Shown here piece after piece: positions 25,378 to 38,743 of a DNA stretch of 64,000 nucleotides. Made by a program: the position numbers and the translations under genes. How positions within the stretch are numbered: the stretch's first letter is position 1; each line of letters starts with the position of its first letter. The stretch is taken from contig OX597822.1 of assembly GCA_951406725.2 (NCBI GenBank), positions 68,572,001-68,636,000 of the forward strand, given 5' to 3'. Origin of the DNA: Octopus vulgaris. Taxonomy: Eukaryota. The notes under the pieces are model-generated. The model was not told the DNA's origin. It made no database searches and saw only the letters and a list, made by a program, of their open reading frames with translations.

Positions 25378-25695
25378 GAAGGCTCATGGCCCAGTGGTTA
25401 GGGCGTCAGGCTCACAACCATGAGGTAGTGAGTTCGATTCCTGGGCCAGGCTGTATGTTGTGTTCTTGAGCAAAACTCTTTATTTCACATTGCTCAAGTT
25501 CACTCAGCTGTAGAAATGAGCTGTGATGTCACTGGCACCAAGCTGTATCAGCCTTTCCTTTGGACAATATCAGTGACATAGAGAGGGGAGGCTGGTATGT
25601 ATAAGCTTCCATAAACAACCTTGCCTAGAGTTGTGCCTTGGAGGACAACATTCTAGGTGGAATCCCATGGTCAATCATGACTGAAGAGGGTCTTT
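25378..25695 (+). mobile_element. tRNA-derived SINE family D, full length
   Basis: A box TGGCCCAGTGG, B box GAGTTCGATTCC, TGTGTTCTTGAGCAA.. central domain, tail ..CATGACTGAAGAGGGTC. Confidence 0.85.
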
Positions 25696-27353
25696 CATGA
25701 TGATGATGTGCATTGATAGTGAGTGTCAGAGAGAGAGAGAGAGAGAGAGAGTCAGATAGACATACAGAAATTTAATAACGAGTCCAACCCATGTCAGTAT
25801 GGAACATAGACATTAAATGATGATATATGATGGGGGAGGGGCCTGTCTTGCAAGTTACTTAGCAACCTCACAGGTGCCAATGGCATGGGAATAGCACGCA
25901 GTACACTCTATCAAGTGGTTGGTGTTAGAAAGGGCATCCAGTCATAGAAACCATACCAAAGAAGACACTGAAGCACGGTGCAGTCTCTAGTTTGTTAGCC
26001 CCTGTCAAACTATTCAACCCATACCAGCATGGAAAATGGAACATTAAATGATAACGATGGCATGTGTGTGTGTGTGTGTGTGTACCTCACAGATCATGGT
26101 CCAGCATAGTCTATTATCACTCACCACCTACCTCACCTCACTGGATATGTTCAGTTCCCCACTAGCTTTATTAGTTGCAGGTCTTATATGCATTAGCTCT
26201 TCACTCCTTACTGTTGTTTGTTATTTAGCAAGTTTGTTTCATCATTGTAGTAGAGGTAGAGTTAACTTTGATATCTTCCTTGCATAACTGGAATAAATAC
26301 TAATGAGAACAAGCTAACAACTTCCTGAGCAATTAATTAATTAACCTCACTAATTTTATTTTTAAATAGCTTCATATTTCAATTGATGATCTGTCTTTCA
26401 TTCCAACCAGCATTTGGACAAGTGATCACATTTGTGCTTCAAGACCCATTAGAGAGGACCCGCTGTGTTTTGTCTATCACAAAGAGCTATTGATAATGTC
26501 CCAAACTGATACTTATAATGTCTTATATTATTTATATAAATAAAAGTAAATTTTATATATATTCTTTTCTGCTCTAGGCACAAGGCTCAAAATTTTTTGG
26601 GAGAGGGCCAGTTGATTAGATCGACCTCAGTACACAACAGGTACTTAATTTATCAACCCCAAAAGATGAAAGGCAAAGTCAACCTTGATGGAACTTGAAC
26701 TCAGAACATAAAGACAGACAAAGTACCACTAAGCATTTTGATAATTTGAGGATGGAAAGTCTGACTAATACATAGACCAGTTATGCTTTAAATTCGAAAA
26801 GTCTTTTATTGGCTTGCAAAACTTAATTTGGGGTGTACTTGTGGTTATGTTAGAAACTCAGACACAATGTGACCTTGCCCTCAATTTTATCAACACTAGA
26901 TCCTCAACACAAACTTGGGGAGGAGAAAGAGGGGGAGATGAGATGGAGGTAATATTTCTTGACTTCCTCTCACAGTATCAGACAATGTAACTACAGACTG
27001 CGCCATATGTAAGGCAACACTTAATTCTGAACTAGAGTTATAAAACTAAACAAAAGCTGATACATATTATGGTTCACTTGATAGTGTGTGTGTGATACAG
27101 AATAAATACTGGAGATCAGAGTAGAGAAACCAATTCTTGAGGACCCAAATTGAATCCTATCTTTCCATGAAGAACACATGCAAACCACACACACACACAC
27201 ATACACACACACACACACAATATCGCAACAATATAAAAGCATTAATATCTTTAGAGTACCTCAAACTTTTCAGCAAGGAGTGGCCATGTGTAACCCAGAG
27301 TTTTTTGTCTGACATTCTAACAATTCTGCCAGTCCACCACCCTCTTGCTTAAC

Positions 27354-27416
<63 letters not shown>

Positions 27417-27417
27417 T

Positions 27418-27780
27418 AGCAAAATGTGGAACTTGAAGACTAAAACAATACCTGTTGTCATAGGTGCCCTGGGAATGATAGCAAAAGGGGCTGATTGCTA
27501 CCTAGGAAAACCCAAAATGGCAGAAATTCAAAAGATAGTGCTCATGGGAACTGCTCATATCCTATGCAAAATACTTTCTATGTAATCTCAAGTTTTAAAA
27601 CAAACATAATTTTCTTATGGTTTCTTAAACATTCTCTAGAACAACACTATGTACAAAACCAAATATATGGCACCCTAGGCATAACACCAACATGAACTTC
27701 CAGCTTGTTGTCTCTTGAGGTCTCTGGGTGAGACTTGCAGCCAACTTGTACAAATGTAAAACAAAAGTCAAACATAAACT
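27418..27780 (+). mobile_element. 5'-truncated R4/Dong-clade (RLE) non-LTR retrotransposon in (TAA)n
   Basis: 27418-27585 translates SKMWNLKTKTIPVVIGALGMIAKGADCYLGKPKMAEIQKIVLMGTAHILCKILSM*, the typical R4/Dong C-terminus; 3' UTR follows; (AAT)n on both sides. Confidence 0.85.
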
Positions 27781-27794
27781 AATAATAATAATAA

Positions 27795-28228
27795 TAATCC
27801 TTTCTATTATAGGCACAAGGCCTGAAATTTTGGGGGAGAGCAATAGTCAATTACATCCACCCCAGTCTTTCACTGGTATGTAATTTATCGACCCTGAATG
27901 GATGAAAAGCAAAGACGACCTTGGCGGAATTTGAACTCAGAACACAGCAACGAGTGAAATACTGCTAAGCATTTTGCCCAGCATGGTAACAAATCTGCCA
28001 ATTCACTGCCATAATAATGATAATGATGATGATAACAACAACAACAACAACAACAACAATAATAATAACAACAATAATAATAATAATAATCCTTTCTACT
28101 AAAGGCACAAGGCCTGAAATCTGGGGGAGGAGACAAGTCAATTACATTGACCCCAGTGTTTCACTGGTACTTAGTTTATCGAACCCAAAAGGATGAAAAG
28201 CAAAGTCGACCTCAGTAGAATTTGAACC
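27795..28228 (-). mobile_element. Two SINE family B copies separated by an AAT/AAC microsatellite
   Basis: Consensus match at 27795-28010 and 28090-28228. Confidence 0.85.
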
Positions 28229-28446
28229 AATACCGGTTGTCAAGTGGTAGTGAGATAAACATGCACACACATGTAGGTATGTACATATGTATGTATGTAG
28301 GCATGGCTATGTGGTAAGAAGCTGGCCTCCCAACCACATGGTTACGGGTTTAGTCCCACTGCAAGGCACTTTGGACAAGTATCTTCTACTATAGCCTCAG
28401 GCTGACCAAAACCTTGTGAGTGGATTTGGTAGGTGGAAGCTACCAA

Positions 28447-28496
<50 letters not shown>

Positions 28497-28969
28497 TTAC
28501 GTATCTGTAACCTAGTGGTTCAGCAAAAGAGACTGGAGCAGTAGGGAGCTGTGACTTACAGCTTGAGAATTGCCACTATACAGAGATAAAATGTTACCAT
28601 TTTTGCAAGGTTGATCTAAAATAGGGGTTGGGGAACATTTTTAACCAATTACCCCAAAATATATTTATTTACATCAATGTTGTCCCCTTGGTTTGAAAGG
28701 AAGAAAATCATAGATTCTTTGAATTCAAAAGGTTTATTGAATCTATATGTATGGAGAATACAATTATAAATATAAAAAATATAAAACAAAGGCAATAAAA
28801 TAAATTAATATCCTCATTATGAAACAAAAGGATTTTTCTAGAAATATTTTCACTTCAGGTCTTGGAGAAATGATGTGGTTTCATTTTTGTTACAATTACA
28901 TCAAAATTGGGGAATTTTGATGCCAGAGCAATTTGGATACAGTCTTCAGAATCCAATTGATTACTCTCT

Positions 28970-29355
28970 CTCTCTTTTACTCTTTTACTTGTTTCAGTCA
29001 TTTGACTGCGGCCATGCTGGAGCACCGCCTTTAGTCGAGCAAATCGACCCCGGGACTTATTCTTTGTAAGCCCAGTACTTATTCTATCGGTCTCTTTTGC
29101 CGAACCACTAAGTTACGGTGACGTAAACACACCAGCATCGGTTGTCAAGCAATGCTAGAGGGACAAACACAGACACACAAACACATACATATATACGACA
29201 GGCTTCTTTCAGTTTCCGTCTACCAAATCCACTCACAAGGCATTGGTCGGCCCGGGGCTATAGCAGAAGACACTTGCCCAAGATGCCACGCAGTGGGACT
29301 GAACCTGGAACCATGTGGTTGTTTAGCAAGCTACTTACCACACAGCCACTCCTGC
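28970..29355 (-). mobile_element. SINE family A, young full-length copy
   Basis: tRNA-like head (TGGCTGTGTGG / GGTTCAGTCCC), CORE-like GGCA.CTTGGGCAAGTG segment, internal TG/TA microsatellite, (GAGTAAAA)n tail. Confidence 0.92.
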
Positions 29356-29757
29356 TTTGCTTTTATGTTCATTTGAGAGGAAAATTCTTGTTCCCAAAGG
29401 TAGGTTGTTGTAAAAGGCAGCAACTTTTTGACTGCCACCTCATACCAGGAGAAAAATATCTGTCGTAACAAGGAGCATGTCTTTCATATAATTTTACAAA
29501 CAAGTCCTCATTACCCCCAAGAATTTCATTTTTACTTCACTTGAAGTAATTTACCCCTGTTCGCCAAGCCCTGATCTAAAATGATTTGAAACCTAGATCA
29601 TGGAGAGATAAAGCAAAGAAACTCAGCACACTTGTGTAACTTAAAACTAAAAGTACCACCTGACTAGCCAATGTTCAACTTTTGTAACAAAAAGTTCTTA
29701 AGAATATAATACACCATGTATGTGAATATGTGTGTGTATGAATGTCTATGTCTGAAC

Positions 29758-29798
<41 letters not shown>

Positions 29799-29995
29799 AC
29801 TTGTATGATATATGGCGCTGTCTTGTATTCTATGCGAGGGTGTGAGAATGGTGGGTGCGGAGTGAAGGCACGCTACGTGAAGTTATATGGTTGGCTAGTG
29901 GAACGTTACAAAGAAAATTCTTTTGAACATCTGCCATGTGAATAATAGGGGGAGGGGTTACGTGATTAGAAACCACTCTGGGTATGTGTGGCTGA

Positions 29996-30031
<36 letters not shown>

Positions 30032-30201
30032 TGTGTGTGTGCATGTATGTCTGTGCGCGAGTGATTGGTGCATATGTTTGTGTGTGTGTAGATATATATG
30101 CATGTATGGGTTTGGTATTTGTATCTGTATATACATTTGTATGCATGGTGTTAATATACATGTGTGCATCTGTTGTCTGTGTGAAACTGTGCACATGTAT
30201 G

Positions 30202-30248
<47 letters not shown>

Positions 30249-30579
30249 CATATGCAGACATCCATATGTGTCCATGCATACACATGTATATATGTGTGTT
30301 TGTTTAAATAACTTCAACTGACTTCAAGCTACAAACTATTTTAAAGAGTGGAATAATGGCCTTAGATGATTTTCATTCACTTATTCTTTCCTAGAACTAT
30401 CAGGGGAGCCTTCATAAGTTCACTCAATCTGCTAGAAATAGCAACCAAATATCCCTGGAAACATTATTCACTACTATATTTCTAATGAAATACACCATGT
30501 GTAACAATTAATTTTGAAAATAATCAAGAATTTGGAAGGATTTAATTAAATAACTTGTTCAATTTTAAGATGGTTAGTC

Positions 30580-30815
30580 CATAAGGAGCATAAGGCTGGT
30601 TTCCTGGTTTCTCTGGCATATATATTCCCCCTCCCCACTGGATGGGATGCTAGTCCATTGTAGGATAACTCATCTTTGCTAACTGAGTGGACAGGAGCAA
30701 AGTGAAATGAAGTGTTCGGCACAAGAACATAATGCATCGTCTGGTCCAGGAATCGAAATCACAATCTCATAATCATGAGTCCAACACCCAAACCACTAAG
30801 CCATGTGACTCCACT
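30580..30815 (-). mobile_element. tRNA-headed SINE with V-domain-like segment
   Basis: Homologous to 21398-21585. Confidence 0.8.
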
Positions 30816-31343
30816 TATATGAAAACATAAAAACAGGTCTATATCAAGGGAGCAAGGATGGTCTGAGATAACCTGATATCAAAAGGGTCGACCACAATTT
30901 GGTATTTAATAAAATGATATAAAAAAGACGAATGACACATACTGGATAACATGTTTCTAGACACCCTAAATAAAACAGGATTGTCATGGATGGAATACCC
31001 TTAATTCTAAAACAACAACTGTTTCTTACTTTCCTCAAAACAACCCTACCCCACACAAGTAACATACTAGTTGTGAATTGGTGACAGTCACCATTAAGAG
31101 CAATTAAAATCATGAAACTCGGTAAATTATAAAAGATTCAAATGAAAAGTAATCCAAGCTTTTATTTTTTATTTGTTTCGGTCATTTACTAGTGGTTTCA
31201 TGACACCACTAAGTTACATAAACGTAAACAAACCAACACCAGTTGTCAAGTGGGACACACACACACGCGTGTGTGTAGATATATAGATATATACAAATAA
31301 AAATACACACACACACACACACACATATATGTATGTATATATA

Positions 31344-31415
<72 letters not shown>

Positions 31416-31647
31416 GACACACATATATATATACATACATAAATATATGCATGTATGTATGTGTGTGTGTGTATGTATATATGTTTATATTATATATATA
31501 TATACACCCATGCTAGCATGAAAAGCAGATGTTAGATGATGATGATGATGATGATGATAGAAATACATATACACACATACACATACAATCATCATCATCA
31601 TCATCATTTAATGTCCATCTTCCATATATATACATGTATGTAAGTAT

Positions 31648-31696
<49 letters not shown>

Positions 31697-32229
31697 TATA
31701 CACACACACCAGACACACATACACAAGGGACTTCCACACAATTTCCATCTAACATATTCACTCTCAAGGCACTGGTCACACCAGGGCTATATTAGAAGCC
31801 ATTTGCCCAAAGTATGATGCAGTGGGTGGGGCCGAATGTTAGACTAATGTAGTTCTATCCTACTCACTTCTATAGAAGGAGTCACAATGTCATGGTAGCC
31901 TATCAAGACGTAATTAAATCTGGGTACTGTCTGCTCAAGTGTGAGTATGTCTGATATATGCTAACAAAGAGATCATAACCTCAATTTCTGTACCACAGGC
32001 TAAACTGACAACCAACAGGTCTGCAACTTAATATTACTTGTGCTATTGCTTCAAATGAAATTAGCACTTTACTGTCTGATTGATGATTGTCACTCATACG
32101 CCTGTGGTTCCATATCTGTCGATCTTAATGTTTGCATGGTGTTAATGAATCGTTAGTTCTTGTGGGTCTCTTGTGGTGTGTTATTCAAGTTGACGTCTGA
32201 GGCAGGACAATTTTCAATGTGATTTTACA

Positions 32230-33205
32230 GGTGCAGGAATAGCTGTGTGGTAAAAGCCTGCTTCCCAACCACATTGTTTCAGGTTCAGTCTCCACTGTGT
32301 AGCACTTTAGATGAAGGGTCAAGGGTGAAGACACCCCCTTCGGTCATGAAAGACCATGGGACTGCACCTAGAAAGGCACAAGTCCAGGCAAGGTTGTTTA
32401 TGGAAGACCAGCAGGGTCAAGGGTGAAGACACCCCCTTCGGTCATGAAAGACCATGGGACTGCACCTAGAAAGGCACAAGTCCAGGCAAGGTTGTTTATG
32501 GAAGACTAGCAAGGTCAAGGGTGAAGACACCCGCTTCGGTCATGAATGACCATGGGACTGCACTTAGAAAGGCACAAGTCCAGGCAAGGTTATTTATGGA
32601 AGACCGGCAGTCGCCCATGCATACTGGCCTCTCCTCTCCATGTCACCAATGTTGTCCAAGAGAAAGGCAAAGGCCAATACAGTTTGGAATCAGTGACATC
32701 GCAATTCCTTTCTATAGCTGTGTGAACTGGAGCAACATGAATTAAGAGTGTCTTGCTCAAGAACACAACACACAGCCCCATTTAGGTATTGAACTCACAG
32801 CCTCACGAGTGGTAGCCTGACACCCTAACCACTGAGCTATGCACCTTAACTTCTACTATAGACCAGCACTGACCAAAGACTTGTGAGTGGACGTGGTAGG
32901 CAGAAACTGAAAGAAGCCTGTTGTGTGTGTGTGTGTGTACGTGCATGTATGTGTGTGCATGCACATGCATTGCTGTCTCTTTGCCTTTATATATAAGCAT
33001 CACTGACATACAAGCATCTTTTGTTTCGAATCTTCTGTGAAAACATGTCTGGTCATGGGGAAATATTACCTCGTTGGAAAGAGGTAATGGTTGGTGATGG
33101 GAAAGGCATCCATCCATAGAAAAATCTATCTCAGCAAATTCCATCTGACTCGTTTAAGCCATAGAAAAGTGAACATTAAAAATATGATGATGATAGTGAT
33201 GATGA
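32230..33205 (+). mobile_element. SINE with family A head and long family E-type tail, interrupted by family D
   Basis: Head 32230-32314 resumes at ~32850 (TTCTACTATAG); tail ends in (GAT)n. Confidence 0.75.
32315..32845 (-). mobile_element. SINE family D with triplicated 98-bp 3' end
   Basis: Units start at 32315, 32413 and 32511. Confidence 0.9.
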
Positions 33206-33229
33206 TGAACTTCTTCCCTTTTTGACATC

Positions 33230-33429
33230 TTCTCTTTTACTCTTTTACTTGTTTCAGTCATTTGATGGAGTACTGCCTTTAGTCAAGCAAATCGCCCCCA
33301 GGACTCATTCTTTGTAAGCCTAGTACTTATTCTATCGGTCTCTTTTGCCGAACTGCTGAGTTACAGGGACGTAAACACACCACCATCAGTTGTCAAGCGA
33401 TGTTGAGGGAGACAAGCACAGACACACAA

Positions 33430-33480
<51 letters not shown>

Positions 33481-33650
33481 TATATACATATATACGACAG
33501 GCTTCTTTCAGTTTCTGTCTACCAAATCCACTCACAAGGCTTTGGTCGGCCCGAGGCTATAGTAGAAGACACTTGCCCAAGGTGCCACACAGTGGGATTG
33601 AACCCGGAACCATGTGGTTGGTAAGCAAGCTACTTACCACGCAGCCACTT
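33230..33650 (-). mobile_element. SINE family A
   Basis: Consensus match. Confidence 0.9.
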
Positions 33651-34841
33651 CTGTTTCTATAAAAGTTAAACCATGATGTAAAAGATATTAAACATTTAGA
33701 GCTTGAAGACGGATGAAATGCTGCTAAGTATTTTGCTTAGCATGCTAACTATTCTGCTAGCTGGGTTTCATATCAACAGCAAGTCCCCAAATAAATGTTC
33801 CTAAGTTTTTGAAATAATAAGAATTGAAAACGTAATTGTGAATGTAATTATACCTATCCTACATGAGGAAGTTGCCAGGGGAAGGAAGTATGACCTGTTG
33901 GATTACTTCGGTTAAACAGAAATTATAAATGAAGGTTGAAATCTTTCCCTTATTTTTTAATTGTAAAAAAAAAAAAAAACCAAGACAGGAACTTAATTGA
34001 AAGTAAATAATTTAAGCTTTAAACTCCTCATTTTGATAACAGAGTAGAAGGAAAAGAATTCTTTGCTTTTATTTTGCTTTGGAATTATTGGATGACTTCA
34101 AGTGGGTAAGAATATTCTACCAGGTTAGAGAGAAAACATTTGCTTTGGATTGGGAAAATAAAACAAAACAAAAACAAAAAAAAAGCAGTAAAGGCTAAGT
34201 GTTTACCATAAGCAAAATCCTCCTACCCCAGCAAGCACAAGTAGGATTTGAGATTTAGTTAGTTATCATCACTAATGAGCGTCCATCAGAATAAAATGCT
34301 TCTATTTTGTAGACAGATATGCGTGTGTATGTGCTTGCATTAATCTTTTTTTTTGCTTCTCTTGTGGCTGATTGTTTTATAGGATGTGATTATATATACA
34401 TACACACACAAAAACACTGTATATAATATGTATGTACATATATATATGTGTGTGTGTGTGTGTTTGTGTCTGTGAAGGAAGGAAGCTTAAATGGAGAATC
34501 GTGTTTGCTTTAGTGTTAATGTTAAAGAGTAACATTAGCAGTGAGATTATATGGCAAATAACAAAAAAAGAAAATAAATAAATAAAAAGAGAGATAAAGA
34601 AAGACAAAAAAAAAATAGCATCAGAAGGTGGAGATTAGTATTGAAATACCAACTAGAATGTTCAAGTCATGAAATAACAAAGATATAAAATGGACAAAAT
34701 GGTAAAAGAAGCACAAGTGACCACGTGTAGATTATTTCCAACTTATCAATTTTAGGTATAGTGAAAAAAAAAAAAAAAAAGAAAAGGAAAATAATAAACA
34801 AATGAAATTCTTGTTGAGGTCGCTGTAAAAGATTTTGTTAA

Positions 34842-35313
34842 CCCATTCGTTACTGTATTTCTGCTGAGATGTTCCGAGTTTTTTTTTTCATTTAATTTTA
34901 AATATAACAAAGAATTTAGTAAAACAACTTTGTTATCATTAAGCTAATGTTAGGAACATAAATTGTGACTAAGGTTTGGTGGAAGATTTTAATTCAGAAC
35001 TTATGAAAATAAGACATTTGTACTACAGAGCCAGAGGTGGTTTTAACCAGGTTGGTATCAAAAAGGTTAAGATTTGTTTCTCTACTATAAATTTTAACCC
35101 TTTTGTTATCATATTTCTATTGAGATGCTCTGTGTTTCTTTCAATTAAATTTAAATATAACAAAGAATTTAGTAAAACAACTTTGTTATCATTATGTTAG
35201 GAACATAAATTGTGACTAAAGTTTGGTGGGAGATTTTAATTCAGAATTTATGAAAACAAGACATTTGTACTACAGAGCCAGAGGCAGTTTCAGCTGGGTT
35301 GGTATCAAAAGGG
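34842..35313 (+). mobile_element. Dimeric piggyBac-type MITE (F - 23-bp spacer - F)
   Basis: TTAA at 34838, 35067, 35094 and 35314; CCC..GGG-type termini. Confidence 0.88.
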
Positions 35314-35369
35314 TTAAGGAACTGAACTGATTATAGTTTGTTACTAGAAATGTTAAACAGATCAACATA

Positions 35370-35780
35370 AGTGCAGGCGTGGCTATGTGGTAAGAATTCT
35401 GCTTCCCAAACCATATGGTTCTGGGTTCAGTCCCACTGCATGGCACTTTGGGCATGTGTCTTTTACTATAGCCTTGAGGCTGACCAAAGTCTTGTGAGTG
35501 GATTTGGTGTAGAAAAACTGAAAGAAAACCATTGTGTGTGTGTGTTTGTATATTTGTATGTCTTTGCATCTGTTTGTCCCCGCACCATCGCTTGACAACC
35601 AATGTTGGTATGTTTATGTCCCCCGTAACTTAGCAGTCTGGCAAAAGAGATCAACAGAATAAGTACTAGGCTTACAAAGAATAAGTCCTGGGATCGATTT
35701 CTTTGACTAAAACCCTTTAAGGCAGTGCTCCAGCATGGCTGCAGTCAAATGAGTGAAACAAGTAAAAGAATAAAAGAATA
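35370..35780 (+). mobile_element. SINE family A
   Basis: Consensus match. Confidence 0.88.
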
Positions 35781-36433
35781 GGAGAATAGAAGTTATGTAT
35801 AAACAGCACTGAACTGTCACTACAAGCTGTATTTGATGGCATCTAAGATGAACTTTTCTCCTGCCCACCCCACAAAAAAGTGTCTTCAAAAGTCACCTTG
35901 GGACCTATATACAAAGTTGGGCCTCCTGTAGGCTCCAATGCACTAAAAACTTTATTTCCTGGATATGCATTCTGAAATTAAGGTGTGACTTAATACACCT
36001 GTGTGATTTTTCTTATGCTATCAAATACCACAGCAGATAAACTTTGAAGATATATTTGTGTGTGTGTGTGTGTGTGTATGTGTGTGTGTGTGTTTGCCTG
36101 GATATACAACCAGGATGAGGGAGTAAGTACTCAATACATGTAATGGAGATTATTCATTCAAAACTTATTCCATTGCCACTCAGTGCTCCTGAGTGCCAAT
36201 GGAATAAGCTTATATATATATATAAATATATTATTAATATTTAGCAGAAGTAACAGAGCGACTCATGGCCTAAGAATTTCGAAACTCTTGGACCTTGAGT
36301 GAGTGAGTGAGTGTGTATGTGTATGTTCATATATGTATATATATATATATATATGTGCAAAATATAAGTTAGTCTTAGAGCACACAATGTTTCTAAAGGT
36401 CAGCAACGGTCTTCTTCAGTCATGAATGGATGA

Positions 36434-36480
<47 letters not shown>

Positions 36481-36683
36481 CCACACACACACTATTCATA
36501 CCGGAAAGGATTGCATAATGAACAGTGAGAAACTCTGAGTACCTGCCAACTGAATTATCGGCATCAAACAGATACATATTAATTTATATTATAGACAGAT
36601 ACCTACATTCACACACATTAAGAGGAAGGGAGAGAAAGAAGGAGAGAAATAGGGAGAGCACATGGAGAGAGACACAAAGGCCT

Positions 36684-36685
<2 letters not shown>

Positions 36686-36768
<83 letters not shown>

Positions 36769-36801
36769 TAGATAGATAGATAAATAAATTGATAGGCAAA
36801 C

Positions 36802-36839
<38 letters not shown>

Positions 36840-36840
36840 C
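36686..36840. repeat. (GATA)n/(GACA)n microsatellite
   Basis: Directly visible; another at ~60760-60823. Confidence 0.95.
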
Positions 36841-37453
36841 ATATTGAAGAGTAAATCAGTTCAGTATCATGAGAGGATTAGGGTTTAATCTTGATAAGAG
36901 TAACAAATAAGAAGCCTCCAGTCAATAAAAGAATAAATAATTAAATAAATAAATAAATAAATAAGTGTTGCACATCCATTTGCTTTAATGCTTTAATCAG
37001 TTTATTTTCCTATCAGTTGTGTTGTCAGGCAGCAGCAGCAGCAGCAGTAGGCAACTGCTGCTGCTGTTGTTTTTTTTATTTTTTTTATTTTTATTTATTT
37101 TTTATTTTTTTGCCTGCAAGCTATTGTTGATGCTAAAAAACACCAAGGTAGAAAATCTTGAGTTCCTTACTAGCAGGCCATCCACCCACCTACAATCCAA
37201 CCTGCCGACCTACCTGCCTGCCAGCCAGCCAGCCAGCCCCCCCCCTCTCTCTCTCTCTTAACTACCATTAATAGTTTTTCACTTCAGCTAGGCTTACACA
37301 CACCAGTGTAGAAAGAGACATACTTCTGTTGCTGTCATCCCTGTTGTTGTTTAGCTCCAATGTCAGCCCTAATTTTACAGGCCTATGATCAAAAATGTTC
37401 CAGCAGCAATGACCATTCGTATTATTATCATTATTATTATTATTATTATTATT

Positions 37454-37486
<33 letters not shown>

Positions 37487-37489
37487 ATT

Positions 37490-37914
37490 GAGTGTGAGAA
37501 CAGTGCATGCCATCAAAGTGACACTGGGTTAAAATATACAAAGCCCAGTACACCCATCATGACTACCCGTCTGATAAGGGTACATTAGGCACATGCATCA
37601 CAACCATATGTGCGCGACATGGAGATATTATATCAAGATAAACAGCACATGACCTTGCAGGTGGGGCCCAGTTAGAATTTTCTTCTGGTTGAGTAGCCCA
37701 TCCAACTCAAAAGGTCCCTGAATAAGGGTTGTTTAAGGATGTTGAACAAAACACCCATGTTTCAAAATGTGAATTATTCAAACCCCAAAGAATCCCTCTC
37801 AACACATGGCTATGAAGCTCCCCCACTACATGCACATATCATCAGCCACTAAGGGACATGCTCAACTGGTTAAAGTCAAGCAACTGACATGCAAATCTGT
37901 GGTATTGAGCAGAA
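37490..37914 (-). mobile_element. Interspersed repeat family H (truncated)
   Basis: Homologous to 7100-7635; abuts (ATT)n/(GTT)n. Confidence 0.8.
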
Positions 37915-38515
37915 TTCCCAATATTAGAAGCAATTCCATAAACAAGAAAAAAAATATCAATGTAAATTAAATTCTTCATTGGAGATTTTAAGAATTGCAC
38001 AAATTTAAACTTTTTAAAAATGTGTTTATATTATTTGCTTTGTGTGTGTGTGTGTGTGCGTATGCGTGCGTGTGCGTGTGTGTGTGTGTGTTGGTGGTGG
38101 TGGTGGTGGTGGTACTGTGTTTGTGTGTGTAGTTGTCTTTATTTCTATCTTGAACTGACTGGGTTTGAGACAAATTTTAATTTACGAAAAAAAAAAAAAA
38201 GATCTTTCTAATTTGAATACAAAAATATTTTCCTTGTTAATTCTAAAGTCTTTCACAACAATTCTATCTTTCCTGTCTCTTTGTTCATTGTATTCCTGTT
38301 GTTGTTCCCGTATAAATATCTTAGTAGTTTTGACATTTCATTTATCAAATGTCCCCAGCTAGTAATAAACAAACTTTGATAAAGAATGAGTTAGAGAACT
38401 ACAGGAATTTCTGAGCTCAGGAAAGAGGAAAAGGAAAAGAAAAAGAAAGAAAGGGTGTACTCTCTTATAATCAAGAACATTAGTGGCATGGTAAGAATGG
38501 AAAGAGAAAGCTTAA

Positions 38516-38743
38516 CTCTTTAGTGTTGAGATTCTTATCAAATGTTCTGCTTGTTTATTCACCTTGTTTTGAATTAATCATGCATTATCGCATAACTTTG
38601 AGGTTTTGATGATGTGTGGTAGTTTATTTTTTATTTTGAGATATGACATTGTAGGGCAGGTGTGTGAGGTTATTCATGGCCAATTTTAATGTAAAACATG
38701 TAGAATATTTGAGCCAGATTTACGCGGTTTAAATGCTGAAAGG
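38516..38743 (+). mobile_element. piggyBac-type MITE family G
   Basis: TTAA on both sides; related copies at ~44395-44567 and 56424-57101. Confidence 0.75.

Noticed and set aside
32315-32610. CRISPR-like array
   Set aside because: Contiguous 98-bp tandem units without unique spacers; SINE-derived; eukaryotic context.
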